DNA of 62,779 nt from Clostridia bacterium (GCA_017464845.1 JAFTYD010000021.1:1-62779); one strand, 5' to 3'; shown: positions 1-9,648, counted from the first letter of the stretch. Notes: generated by a model not told the origin, from the sequence alone. A program made the numbers and translations.

Positions 1-252
1 ATAAGCAGCAGTTGCTGTTTTGAAAGCAGTAAGGATAGATGTTTTTGTTTCAGTTGTAAGTTCAACTTGACCTGGTAATGTTGAATCATCTCCACCACCA
101 TTTCCACCAGAACCACCGTTTCCACCAGAACCGCCTGGATTCTTGCTTGGATCATTACCATCTGGGTCACCAGTTCCAGTACATGCTACAAAAAACATTA
201 CACATGGAATGATAATAAACATCAAAGCAAGCATTTTAAAAAATTTTTTCAT
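1..252 (-). CDS. Lipoprotein, N-terminal part (gene runs off the left edge of the window)
   Basis: Reverse-strand ATG at 250-252 preceded by an AGGAGG-like RBS. Translation MKKFFKMLALMFIIIPCVMFFVAC-TGTGDPDG... has a signal peptide plus lipobox (FVAC), followed by a Gly/Ser/Asn-rich linker. Confidence 0.6.
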   Translation of the reverse strand, partial: MKKFFKMLALMFIIIPCVMFFVACTGTGDPDGNDPSKNPGGSGGNGGSGGNGGGDDSTLPGQVELTTETKTSILTAFKTATAAY

Positions 253-682
253 AAAACCTCCTTTTCTTAAACATATTCAGTTTAGCACAAGAGGTATTAT
301 TTGTCAATTTATTTTGTAACAATGAAGAATTAGTTATTATTAAGGATTTTTTAAATTTGTCTTTAAAAGGACAATGACAGTAGAGTATATAAAAGAGATT
401 TTTTAGGGGATAACCGAATCAAAATGACAAGATTAGAGATTTTATGATATTTGTTTTATGTCGTATTAAGAGTTTATTCCATAAGATTTTAGTTGAGATT
501 TTTTGCTATTGCTTCAAAATGATGGTTTATATTATGTCATCATGAGTGAAAGCGAAAGAAACAATACAAACTTTCACACAAAATCTTTTTTAATTCATAA
601 ATACAATTATACAAATTGCACAAAGTAAAGTTATAAATAAAATTCCTTTCAAAGGAATATGATATAAAAAAGGAGTAATGTT

Positions 683-1153
683 ATGCAGTACGATGATTTC
701 AAGGTACCTTCAATGGAAGATTATGAAAATATGGCAAAGGCTTATTCGCTATCTCTCAAAAATCAAGGATTTGTTTTTGTTAAACTTGAAAAAGAATGTG
801 AGAACTTTTTGGTTGATGAGATATTTGACTTATTTTTCAAAATAGATGCATCAATTGATGCAATGTCAAAAGTATGTGACACACAAAAAATAAAATCTGC
901 CACAATCAAACATATCAAAATCTTAAAGGATATGTTTAATTATGACAGAAATGTCAAATTTGAAATTTCCAATGATGAGAACTTAATATTTTTAAATTTA
1001 ATATCTTTGGAAAATACATTAACTATGAAACTTTTTACTCTATCAACAAAGAGTAGTAATTTTGAAAAACTGCTTGATATTATTTTTGATAGACTAAAAA
1101 TTTATGCTGAAAGTTTTGCTTTATGTGATTTTAAGTTGACAAGTATTCAATAA
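683..1153 (+). CDS. Hypothetical protein (156 aa)
   Basis: ORF with strong RBS (AAAAGGAG) 8 nt upstream. No recognisable motif. Confidence 0.5.
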   Translation: MQYDDFKVPSMEDYENMAKAYSLSLKNQGFVFVKLEKECENFLVDEIFDLFFKIDASIDAMSKVCDTQKIKSATIKHIKILKDMFNYDRNVKFEISNDENLIFLNLISLENTLTMKLFTLSTKSSNFEKLLDIIFDRLKIYAESFALCDFKLTSIQ

Positions 1154-1715
1154 CCTTAGGTAAGCAATCTTCCATAGCTCTTGAATAAACTCTATTTTGT
1201 TCCATTGAGTAAGATTTATTTTCCCAGTATTCTGAATTCATAATTTCATTTTGTTTTTCAATAAGATTTTTAGGGTCAATCTTAACAATATCAACAATAC
1301 CTTCACAAAGAAGATTTCCAATAACATAGAGATAATTTTCTTCAGTAATATTTCCAAGTTCAAAAGCTTTTTCAAGTGCAGTTTCGTGGTCTGCAATTCT
1401 ATCAAGGGCATATGTCAAGAAGAATTCTAACTTTTTGATAGCAAATTCATTTCCGTTTGCAGCAGCAAGAATTTGCCAAGACATATAAAGGTCAAAATCT
1501 TCAGGAAGTCTACCTTCTATACCTTTATTAAAAAAGTATGCGACAACATCTTGTGCAATAGGGTCTCCACCATAAGCTTTTGCAGAAAGGTTTCCAAAAA
1601 CTCTATTGAAAGAACCTTTTGTACCTTTTCCTTCTGCAGCATCATAGACATCTTTTCTATATTCCAAGAACTTGTCATGAGCTTCTTTTCTATCTATAAA
1701 TTCATTATAATCCAT
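1131..1715 (-). CDS. Hypothetical protein, possible Sel1/TPR-like repeat protein (194 aa)
   Basis: ORF with RBS AAGGAG. Helical-repeat-like segments (AQDVVAYFFNKGIEG..., YMSWQILAAANGNEFAIKKLE). Its 3' end overlaps the convergent 683..1153 gene. Confidence 0.4.
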   Translation of the reverse strand: MDYNEFIDRKEAHDKFLEYRKDVYDAAEGKGTKGSFNRVFGNLSAKAYGGDPIAQDVVAYFFNKGIEGRLPEDFDLYMSWQILAAANGNEFAIKKLEFFLTYALDRIADHETALEKAFELGNITEENYLYVIGNLLCEGIVDIVKIDPKNLIEKQNEIMNSEYWENKSYSMEQNRVYSRAMEDCLPKVIEYLST

Positions 1716-1791
1716 TTTTGTTCACTCCTTAAAAAGTTTTACTTAAATTCATTATACACTAAAAACAGAATAAACAAAAATTAATTTAATA

Positions 1792-2463
1792 TTATTTTAC
1801 TTTTTCTTTGCGAATTTTGCTTTTGTTTTTTGCTTGTATATAATAATCGGTCAAACTTAATTGAAATAGAGGGAGTGCAATTAATATTCCAGACAAAATT
1901 GCAAACATGCATATAACAACAACATATATCCACCAATGGATAAAAGTAAATATGTTTATAATTTTCAAAATTCCAAAAGGTATAGATACTGCAACGCACA
2001 CAGAAAGCAGGGAAATCATAAAGGCTAAAAAGATTTTGAACTTATAACCATAAGTCAATTCGTGGCTTAGTTGCAAGATTCCTTTGCTGTCGATATCTTT
2101 ACCTTCATAGGTTATAAGACCAGTGAAAGAATAGTTTAACATCATTATCACTCCGGGAATTATAAACACAAGCGACCAGAGTGCAATAATAAAAATTTTG
2201 ATAATTTTCACACATACACTTTTCAAAAATAAGTTAGGTTTAATAAAGATATCTTCGTATCTTATTTTTTCGTTCTGTTGTCTTTTGAGGACATAACCCC
2301 AAACTCCAATTTCTAGATAGACCATTGCAACAAAAACTAAAAGCAAGTTAAGCACAGGCATAAATGAAACAAGAAAACATATTGCTAAAAATAAAATATT
2401 CACAAGGACAACATCAATCCAAGTTCCACTTTCCTTTATAGTTTGTTTTTTTTGAGTAGGCAT
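1792..2463 (-). CDS. Integral membrane protein, DUF975-like
   Basis: About 6 predicted TM segments. The layout (N-terminal TM pair, charged loop, further TMs) resembles DUF975 proteins. RBS AAAGGAG. Confidence 0.45.
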   Translation of the reverse strand: MPTQKKQTIKESGTWIDVVLVNILFLAICFLVSFMPVLNLLLVFVAMVYLEIGVWGYVLKRQQNEKIRYEDIFIKPNLFLKSVCVKIIKIFIIALWSLVFIIPGVIMMLNYSFTGLITYEGKDIDSKGILQLSHELTYGYKFKIFLAFMISLLSVCVAVSIPFGILKIINIFTFIHWWIYVVVICMFAILSGILIALPLFQLSLTDYYIQAKNKSKIRKEKVK

Positions 2464-2679
2464 ATTTTTCTCCTTTTGATTAAATAATCTTTTCCTAAAT
2501 ATAAATTTTTAATCAAAAAGATTTTTAATTTTTTTATTACTTCTTTTGAAGGTCAATAAATGAGTGCATGTAAAGACTATTCAACTTCGTTTTTAAAATG
2601 ACAAATAATTTAATAGTTAGATTTAGTGATTGTTTTAAAATTTTAGGTTTGTTTCCAAATGCTAATATTACTAAAGAAT

Positions 2680-2709
2680 TTGACTTTAAAAAGATAATAA
2701 TGTTATAAT
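2680..2709 (+). promoter_or_regulatory. Sigma-70-type promoter for the XRE regulator gene
   Basis: TTGACT (2680-2685), 18-nt spacer, TGtTATAAT extended -10 (TATAAT 2704-2709). Confidence 0.5.
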
Positions 2710-2725
2710 CTTTTCAGAGGTAAAA

Positions 2726-3058
2726 ATGTTAAATATAAAAAAATATAGAGAGGCTCTTGACTTAACTCAAACACAAGTTTCACAAATGTTAGATGTTGCA
2801 AGAACAACCTACATAGGTTATGAAAATGGTACAAGAGAAATGAGTTACGATACTATGAAAAAACTTGCTACAATTTTAAAGGTAACAATTGATGACTTGT
2901 TAGATTTTAATGTTAACAAAGGTAGCTCAAAAATTAAAGATAATCTTATTTACAAAATAAATAAATTGTCAGATAAGGAATGTGAAAAAATTGATTTTTT
3001 TGTTCAAGCAATTTTAACAACAAAGCAAATTAGTTTGGAACAACATTATGATGAATAG
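2726..3058 (+). CDS. XRE-family helix-turn-helix transcriptional regulator
   Basis: N-terminal LTQTQVSQMLDVARTTYIGYENGTREMSYDTMKKLATIL is a typical HTH_3 (Cro/C1) motif. Confidence 0.8.
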   Translation: MLNIKKYREALDLTQTQVSQMLDVARTTYIGYENGTREMSYDTMKKLATILKVTIDDLLDFNVNKGSSKIKDNLIYKINKLSDKECEKIDFFVQAILTTKQISLEQHYDE

Positions 3059-3063
3059 GAAAT

Positions 3064-3096
3064 AAAAAAAGACTAAATTTTTTTAGTCTTTTATTT
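3064..3096. terminator. Bidirectional rho-independent terminator
   Basis: Hairpin AAAAGACTA-loop-TAGTCTTTT flanked by A-run and T-run, between convergent genes. Confidence 0.6.
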
Positions 3097-4077
3097 TATT
3101 ATTATCGTGTCAGGTTTTTTAACTATTACAACTCTATCGGCATGAATATCATCTTCTTCACAAAATCTATTTACGATATCAATATCACTTACATTCTTTT
3201 TTGAAACACGGTCAACAATTATTTTTCTCATCTTTGAATCTGCGACTTTATGATAATTATATAAGTAAAGCACGCTTGCGATTCCTGTTGGTTTCATTAC
3301 TCGTTCAATGGTTGAAAGAGATTCTTCAAATCTATCTAAATAGTCATCGCTTTTGTATGTATTTGAATAGTAATAAGAAAGTATGTTTGATAAAATAACA
3401 ATATCTTTTTCATCAAAGAAAACATCAAGTTCATGAAGAGGACAAAGTCTGTGTTTGACAGGAGTTTTGAGTTTCAATAACTTTCTTTTCATGTCAGCAA
3501 ATGACGCTTCATTTTTGAGATAAGGATTTCTTTGAATGATTGATTCATCTTGCATAAAGTATTCTTCAATCAAAGGAAACAAAGGGTCTTTTGATTCAGC
3601 ATGTCTTGAAATGAAAGTATAAATTTCATCAAAGAAAACCCTTGTGTCATCATTAAGGAAAGGGCGAAGTTTAAAGTATGTTCTAAAGTTAAAGAAATTC
3701 TCAACTGTATAAAATTCAATAAACTCCTCTCTGCTTAAATATTTTATTGCAGTTTCTTTTAAGTTATATTGCAAAGCAGCAAAAGCATTTATGTCAAAAG
3801 TTTCAACACTTTTTGCACCATAATAAATTGCATTAAAAGCATGGTCTCCACTCGCTGTTGGAACAAGAACATCTTTTCCTTTAAAACTAATTCTTGCATA
3901 ATAATAGAGGTTTTCATTTGTAGAAGTATAGAAACTAAAACACATAGGGTGAAGATAATCATTACCAAGTCTCAAAATAGCATTTTCATTTTTACAGAAT
4001 CTGAATTGGTTATATCTTGTATGTTTCAACAAAAACTTAGCAGATGCAATTTTATCTCTCAAACTAATTTCTTCCAT
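3091..4077 (-). CDS. DUF3419/BtaA-like putative SAM-dependent enzyme (328 aa)
   Basis: Segment DVLVPTASGDHAFNAIYYGAKSVETFDINAFAALQYNLKETAIKYLSREEFIEFY matches my recollection of the DUF3419 (BtaA-like) N-terminal signature. RBS AAGGAGG. Confidence 0.4.
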   Translation of the reverse strand: MEEISLRDKIASAKFLLKHTRYNQFRFCKNENAILRLGNDYLHPMCFSFYTSTNENLYYYARISFKGKDVLVPTASGDHAFNAIYYGAKSVETFDINAFAALQYNLKETAIKYLSREEFIEFYTVENFFNFRTYFKLRPFLNDDTRVFFDEIYTFISRHAESKDPLFPLIEEYFMQDESIIQRNPYLKNEASFADMKRKLLKLKTPVKHRLCPLHELDVFFDEKDIVILSNILSYYYSNTYKSDDYLDRFEESLSTIERVMKPTGIASVLYLYNYHKVADSKMRKIIVDRVSKKNVSDIDIVNRFCEEDDIHADRVVIVKKPDTIIIK

Positions 4078-4084
4078 AAAAACC

Positions 4085-4262
4085 TCCTTATTTTAATAAT
4101 AAAATAATTATTAATTATTTCAAAATAATTATTTATTTAATTCAAATTAATTAAAAAATTATTTATTTTAATTAAAATTAATTATTTTATTAATTATTAA
4201 ATTATGAATTAATTATTATTTTAAACCGATTAAATGATTAAATTAATTAATTAGTTAATTTA
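4085..4262. repeat. Nearly pure A/T low-complexity tract built from TTAATTAA / AATTATT units
   Basis: About 180 nt with only a handful of G/C, made of reiterated aattaa/ttaatt/atttattt words. Similar tracts occur at 20002..20160 and 56380..56500. Confidence 0.7.
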
Positions 4263-4465
4263 ATATACAACGATTTGCTTTCTTCTTTTGAATATCCCAA
4301 ATCTCTAAAAATACTAAAAGCATCTTCAACTGACATATTGTTAAAGCAATTTTTATCTTCTAATAATTTAGAAATTATTTTTTGTTTAATTAATTCTTCA
4401 TCATTTTCTTCTTCTGTATATCTTTCCATCAAAAGGGAATTTCTTAGTTTTAAATCTTCAAACAT
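4247..4465 (-). CDS. Hypothetical small protein (72 aa)
   Basis: ORF with RBS AAAGGAG, 15 nt downstream of the 427-aa gene and probably co-transcribed with it. Confidence 0.5.
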   Translation of the reverse strand: MFEDLKLRNSLLMERYTEEENDEELIKQKIISKLLEDKNCFNNMSVEDAFSIFRDLGYSKEESKSLYIKLTN

Positions 4466-4479
4466 TTTTATTATCTCCT

Positions 4480-5763
4480 TTATTTACCCATCAAACTATC
4501 ACGAGTTGCAGGGATAGTATGTCTGTAATAATCTTCTTTGTTTATGTAATTATATCTTCCACTACCAAGATAAGAGATAAGGTCATGATGACTAATTTCT
4601 TTCAAAGTATTGTCTTTCATATCAAGTTCAAGGTGATGTATTTTGTCAATGTTTTCTTGTTTAAAAGAATCGCCATAAGTTACAATCAAAGTTGGATACA
4701 AGGTTGTCTTTCCTTCAACTTTTTTGTTAATTATTGAAATAATAAAATTTCCATTTTGGATTTCAGTTGGGAAAAATTTTTTCATAATGTTGTTCACGAA
4801 ATCAATTTTATCCATACCTTCAAGTTTGATATTTTTTATCTTTGCATTGATTATATCAAGTTTGTCAACAATTGAAACTTCTTCTTTGCTTGATATGTTT
4901 TTGTATGCATCAAGGAGTTGATTAAATATCTTTCTATTGTCCATATTTTTTTCTTTTAAATCAGCGTAAACTTTTTCAAAAGATTCATTAAAACTTTGTT
5001 TGTTTCCTTTATGGTTAATAAGTTCAAGTCCGATAAGATTTGAATTAATTTTTGCTCTAAACAAATCGCCAGTAAGTACGCTTGTTATAGCATCGGCACT
5101 TACAATAAAATTGTCTGCTCTAAAAGTTAAGTTTGCATGGCCATTACCATAGAAACCTGTGCGTCTGTAATTGATACCTTGCATACTTAAAAGTTTTCCA
5201 AAGATTTGATTGAACTCATAACAAACGATTGTGTTATTGTTTTCATTTATACTCAAAAGTCGATTTATGTTTGAATGAATTTGAGCTGGTTCACCTGTTT
5301 GGTTATGAGCAAAAAACATTGGGTCATAGGTGAGTGTTTGGCAAAGTTTTATATAAGTATAAATTGCTTTTTCAAGTTTTGTGTAATCTTCTTTCATATC
5401 ACGAAAAATAAAGTTTACAAAGTTTTCATCAAGCAAAGTTTTTTCAAGATAATCATCGTTTGTTTTTGTTATGTGGTTGATGTATGAAGTATCATAAAAA
5501 GTATCGTTCTTTAAATCTTGAATAAAAAATTCTGCTTGAAAAGATAGTCTTGAATCATATAAAACTTTTTTGTCATCAACGAACCTTACAAGGATATAAG
5601 CAAGTTCGTTTTCTGTTATGTTAAATTTTTTACTTAACTCTCTCATTGTTTCAAAAAAATCATTTTCTTTATAGAAGATACCAAGAAGTTCTTCGCTATC
5701 AAAACATAATTCTTTTTCATCAATGGTTATGTAATATTTGTCGTTTAAAAAATTTTCTTTCAT
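4480..5763 (-). CDS. Hypothetical protein with putative transglutaminase-like Cys-His-Asp core (427 aa), paralog of 5826..7469
   Basis: Shares about 400 aa of collinear similarity with the upstream gene (LEKAIYTYIKLCQTLTYDPMFFAH / LEKSIYVYIQLCKTLTYDAEFFAH). Candidate triad: IVCYEFNQIFGKLL (Cys), GHANLTFR (His), VSADAITSV (Asp). Confidence 0.45.
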   Translation of the reverse strand: MKENFLNDKYYITIDEKELCFDSEELLGIFYKENDFFETMRELSKKFNITENELAYILVRFVDDKKVLYDSRLSFQAEFFIQDLKNDTFYDTSYINHITKTNDDYLEKTLLDENFVNFIFRDMKEDYTKLEKAIYTYIKLCQTLTYDPMFFAHNQTGEPAQIHSNINRLLSINENNNTIVCYEFNQIFGKLLSMQGINYRRTGFYGNGHANLTFRADNFIVSADAITSVLTGDLFRAKINSNLIGLELINHKGNKQSFNESFEKVYADLKEKNMDNRKIFNQLLDAYKNISSKEEVSIVDKLDIINAKIKNIKLEGMDKIDFVNNIMKKFFPTEIQNGNFIISIINKKVEGKTTLYPTLIVTYGDSFKQENIDKIHHLELDMKDNTLKEISHHDLISYLGSGRYNYINKEDYYRHTIPATRDSLMGK

Positions 5764-5825
5764 AAAATATTTCCTTTTTAAGTTTTAAAAAATCTTGTTC
5801 TGTATGGAAAGAAAATGTAAAAAAG

Positions 5826-7469
5826 TTAAATTGTGAAAAACATTCTATATTCGTTTTGGATACCTTTTAATCTTTGTGAGCAAGGTCCAATGTATAGATA
5901 GTTTTCTTTATTAAATTCTCTTTGCATTGTTGCTTGACTGTGAATTTCAAATGAATTTGTTTTTGTATCGAATTCAAAATATTTTGTATCTTTGTCATAC
6001 TTTGCATTTTTTGAATATTCAATAACAATTATTGGTAATAGGTCGTCAAATGTTGCACCTACTTTTTTGTTACAGATACAGACATTGAGTTGACCATTTT
6101 TAAATTCAGTCTGTGCAATTTTTTTTATGTTCTTTTCCACAAAAGTAATAACATCTATTGGTTTAAATTTTGACAATTTAAGTTTCTCTTCTAGCATATC
6201 AATTTTATCTTCAATAGAGATTTCAACAGGTTCAGATAAATTTTGATATGCGTTAAGTAAGTCTTTTGATAATTGTTGTCTATATATAGGTTCTTGTTTT
6301 TTTATGTCATTGTATACTTTTTCATAAGCTTCCAAAAACTCATTCAATGTGGTTGGATTGTCAGACATAAGTTTAAGTCCTTCCAAAGTTTCATGAACTT
6401 TTGCGTTATACAAATCTCCACCGATAATATGCGTAACAGAATCAGCTGAAACTAGGAACTTTCCAATTTTATAAATAACACTTGCGTGAGTTAAACCATA
6501 AGAACCAAAGTCATTTGTGTTTTCAAACTTAATACCAAGTTCATCTAAAAATTTTCCATAAATTTGAGAAAATTCATAGCACACAATTCCATTGTTTGAT
6601 GGAGTTATTTGAGATAGTCTTGTTATGTCTTCATGAATTCTTGCTTTCTTTCCACTTTGTTTATGTGCAAAAAATTCAGCATCATATGTCAATGTCTTAC
6701 AAAGTTGAATATATACATAAATTGATTTTTCAAGCAAACTATAATCTTCCGACATATCGCTGAAGATATAATCTACAAGGTCTTGATTTAAAAATGTTTG
6801 GTCAAGGAATGGGTCATTTGTTTCAGGGACTCGATTTATGTAAGATGTGTCAAAAATTTGGTCGCCTTTGATTTGTTTATAAAATCTCATATCATATTCT
6901 TCAAAATAGTACTTGTCAAAGATTTTATTTTTGTCAGCATATTGCTTCATAGCATAAGCGAGTTCATCATAGTCAAGGTTATACTTCAAACAAACATAAT
7001 CAAATTTGTCAAGAAGTTTATCATAGTCTTTGTTACCATAAAACAATTTCAAAATATCATAACTATCTATGCAATAGTTTTTACCTTCAATAACGATACT
7101 AAAGTTTGATTTGCTTTTTTGTTCTTGTTTTATAAGGTTACTAATAGAAGTTAGTTGCAAAAGCTTTTTTACATTCTCATCTTTTTTAATCTGACCACTT
7201 TCAACCATTTCATTTACAATATTAACAAAACGATTTATTGAATAAGTTTTTCCATCAAAATCTCTTTGGTTATCAAACTTATGGCCAATCTTGATTTGTT
7301 TGTTACCTTTTTCGATTATGCTAAACATATTTGAAACAAATTCAGGATTTTCAAATATCTTTTGAATAACCAAAGGGTAATAACCATAGTCATAATAAAC
7401 TGAAGTCATATCTTTTGTGAGAGATTGAGGAATTTCAATGCATATATCATAATAAGAATCCCAATACAT
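5826..7469 (-). CDS. Hypothetical protein with putative transglutaminase-like Cys-His-Asp core (547 aa), paralog of 4480..5763
   Basis: Same conserved blocks (GIVCYEFSQIYGKFL, LTHASVIYK, VSADSVTHI) plus an extra ~120-aa N-terminal extension. RBS AAGGAG. Confidence 0.45.
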   Translation of the reverse strand: MYWDSYYDICIEIPQSLTKDMTSVYYDYGYYPLVIQKIFENPEFVSNMFSIIEKGNKQIKIGHKFDNQRDFDGKTYSINRFVNIVNEMVESGQIKKDENVKKLLQLTSISNLIKQEQKSKSNFSIVIEGKNYCIDSYDILKLFYGNKDYDKLLDKFDYVCLKYNLDYDELAYAMKQYADKNKIFDKYYFEEYDMRFYKQIKGDQIFDTSYINRVPETNDPFLDQTFLNQDLVDYIFSDMSEDYSLLEKSIYVYIQLCKTLTYDAEFFAHKQSGKKARIHEDITRLSQITPSNNGIVCYEFSQIYGKFLDELGIKFENTNDFGSYGLTHASVIYKIGKFLVSADSVTHIIGGDLYNAKVHETLEGLKLMSDNPTTLNEFLEAYEKVYNDIKKQEPIYRQQLSKDLLNAYQNLSEPVEISIEDKIDMLEEKLKLSKFKPIDVITFVEKNIKKIAQTEFKNGQLNVCICNKKVGATFDDLLPIIVIEYSKNAKYDKDTKYFEFDTKTNSFEIHSQATMQREFNKENYLYIGPCSQRLKGIQNEYRMFFTI

Positions 7470-7645
7470 AATTGTATCTCCTTATAACTTATCTTTAATA
7501 TTAATATATATTATATAATAATCTATATTTGTTGTCAATAATGAAAAATTCTAAAGAAGGTATCGAAATTTATCTTTATGGGCAAAATAAGTGTATTTAA
7601 ATGACTAATATTGTACTTTAAATAATAATTCTACATTTTTACAGA

Positions 7646-7676
7646 GTGTAAGTCTGAAGCAATATGCGAAGAATCT
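7646..7676 (+). repeat. Copy 1 of a short interspersed repeat (GTnAnTCTGAAGC-N-GCGAAGAATCT family)
   Basis: gtgtaagtctgaagcaatatgcgaagaatct resembles 48391..48416 (same orientation) and the reverse complement of 50094..50123. Confidence 0.5.
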
Positions 7677-7773
7677 ACTTGATAAGTCATATTTTTGACA
7701 TGATATGAATATATTTATATTTTTTGTAACATTTTGTTTTGAATTTTAATAGATTAGTTATGTGGAAGGAAAT

Positions 7774-8754
7774 ATGAATATCGCTATTGTAGGAGCAACA
7801 GGCCTTGTTGGAAGAAAGATTATTGATATAATCGTTGAGAGAAATCTAAAAGTTGACAATTTTTTTCTTTTTGCAGATGAAAGCGAAAAGGATAGAAAGA
7901 TAAAGATTTTCAACAAAGAGTACTCGGTTGAAAGTTTATGTCTTGAAAATCTTAAAGGGAAAAAGATAGATTATGCATTCTTTGCCGTTGAAAGCGAAAT
8001 TGCAAAAAAGTTTGCACCTATCTTTGCAAGAAGAAAAATTGTCGTTATAGACAATTCCAACGCTTATAGAAGAATAAGCAAAGTTCCACTTGTTGTCCCA
8101 CAGGTAAACAAAGAAGACTTAAAAAAAGGTAAGTTTATCTTTTCCAATCCAAACTGTTCCACTATTCAATTAGTAACAGCTTTAAAACCATTGCATGAAA
8201 AATTTAAAATAAAAAGAGTTGTTGTTTCAACTTACCAAGCAGTATCTGGTGCTGGCAAAGGTGGAATAGACGATCTTTTGAAAAATACAACCAAAAAATT
8301 TATTTACCCAATTTGCAGGAATTTAATTCCACAAATTGACTACTTTAAGAAAAATAACTATACTAATGAAGAGGATAAGTTAATCTTTGAAACAAAGAAA
8401 ATTCTTTCATTCAAAGAACTTAAAATCACAGCAACAGCAGTACGAGTACCAGTGCTTAATTGTCATAGTGAAAGTGTGAATATTGAATTTGAAAAAAATG
8501 TAAATCTAAAGCAAATTAAAAGTGTGTTGTCAAATTCACCAAATATTGTTGTTTTAGATGATACATCAAAAAATATTTATCCTATGCCTATTGTAGCAGA
8601 TAACAAAGACGAAGTGTTTGTTGGAAGAATAAGAAAAGACTATTCAAAAGCAAATACCTTTAATCTTTTTATTGTTGCCGACAATTTAAGAAGAGGTGCA
8701 AGTTCAAATGCTGTGGATATATTTGAAAATTTAATAAAATTAAAAGGTAGATAA
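7774..8754 (+). CDS. asd: Aspartate-semialdehyde dehydrogenase
   Basis: MNIAIVGATGLVGRK NAD-binding start, active-site region SNPNCSTIQL, C-terminal DNLRRGAS. ATG 7774 is preferred over GTG 7762 because GGAAGGA sits 5 nt upstream. Confidence 0.9.
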   Translation: MNIAIVGATGLVGRKIIDIIVERNLKVDNFFLFADESEKDRKIKIFNKEYSVESLCLENLKGKKIDYAFFAVESEIAKKFAPIFARRKIVVIDNSNAYRRISKVPLVVPQVNKEDLKKGKFIFSNPNCSTIQLVTALKPLHEKFKIKRVVVSTYQAVSGAGKGGIDDLLKNTTKKFIYPICRNLIPQIDYFKKNNYTNEEDKLIFETKKILSFKELKITATAVRVPVLNCHSESVNIEFEKNVNLKQIKSVLSNSPNIVVLDDTSKNIYPMPIVADNKDEVFVGRIRKDYSKANTFNLFIVADNLRRGASSNAVDIFENLIKLKGR

Positions 8755-8757
8755 ATT

Positions 8758-9648
8758 ATGCAAAGATGTTTGTTTGAAGGTGTATGCGTTGCAATAGTTA
8801 CACCATTTAAAGATGGAAAAGTTGATTATAGTGCTATGGAAAACTTGATTGAATATCAAATCAAGAACAATGTCAAAGCCATAAGTGTTTTGGGAACAAC
8901 CGGTGAACCTTGTACTTTGACAACAGAGGAAAAGGAAAACATAATTGTATTTTGCAATAAGGTTATAAACAAAAGAGTTAAGTACATTGTAGGAAGTGGA
9001 GCAAACAACACTTTGGAAGCTGTTAAACTTAGCAAGTTCGCAAGTGAAAACGGAGCTGATGGATTGCTTGTTGTAACACCATACTATAACAAATGTACTC
9101 AACAAGGTTTAGTAGAGTATTACAATACAATTGCAGAAGCAGGTAAACTTCCTATCATTGTTTACAATGTTCCTTCAAGAACAGGTGTGAATATCCTTCC
9201 CGACACTCTTGTACAAATTGCTGAAAATCCATATATCTATGGTTTCAAACAAGCAAGTTCAAATATGCAAGAGAACTTAGAAGTTTTTAGGAAGCTTAAA
9301 GATAAAATCTCTATCTATAGTGGAGAAGATGATTTGAACTATGTATTCTATACTTTAGGTGGAAAGGGAGCAGTGAGTGTTACAGCCAATGCTTATCCAA
9401 GAACAGTTCAACTAATATATGATGAAGTACAAAATAATAATTTCGCTTATGCTTGTCAAGTTCAAGAGAAACTTGCAGGAATAAACAAAGCAATGTTTAG
9501 CGAAGTTAATCCTATACCTGTCAAAAGATGTTTATCACTTCTTGGTTTGATTGAAAATGAAGTTAGGGCGCCATTGACTATCATGAGTAATGATACAAAC
9601 TTAAAACTTGAAATGGATAAACTCAAAAAGGAGAATATAGAATGTTAA
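8758..9648 (+). CDS. dapA: 4-hydroxy-tetrahydrodipicolinate synthase
   Basis: GVCVAIVTPF..., GTTGEP, VVTPYYNK and YNVPSRTG motifs typical of DapA. Confidence 0.9.
   Translation: MQRCLFEGVCVAIVTPFKDGKVDYSAMENLIEYQIKNNVKAISVLGTTGEPCTLTTEEKENIIVFCNKVINKRVKYIVGSGANNTLEAVKLSKFASENGADGLLVVTPYYNKCTQQGLVEYYNTIAEAGKLPIIVYNVPSRTGVNILPDTLVQIAENPYIYGFKQASSNMQENLEVFRKLKDKISIYSGEDDLNYVFYTLGGKGAVSVTANAYPRTVQLIYDEVQNNNFAYACQVQEKLAGINKAMFSEVNPIPVKRCLSLLGLIENEVRAPLTIMSNDTNLKLEMDKLKKENIEC

Noticed and set aside
4085-4262. A/T-rich reiterated tracts (also 20002-20160 and 56380-56500) as CRISPR arrays or tandem satellites
   Set aside because: There is no constant-length repeat unit separated by unique spacers. 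They are degenerate low-complexity permutations of TTAATTAA-like words, and no cas genes are nearby.
7470-7773. Possible lysine riboswitch (L-box) upstream of the asd-dapA-dapB-aspartate kinase operon
   Set aside because: The conserved L-box blocks I remember (AGAGGNGC, GAGTA, GCCGAAG, CTGTCA) are not present. The only notable element is a copy of the short interspersed repeat at 7646-7676.
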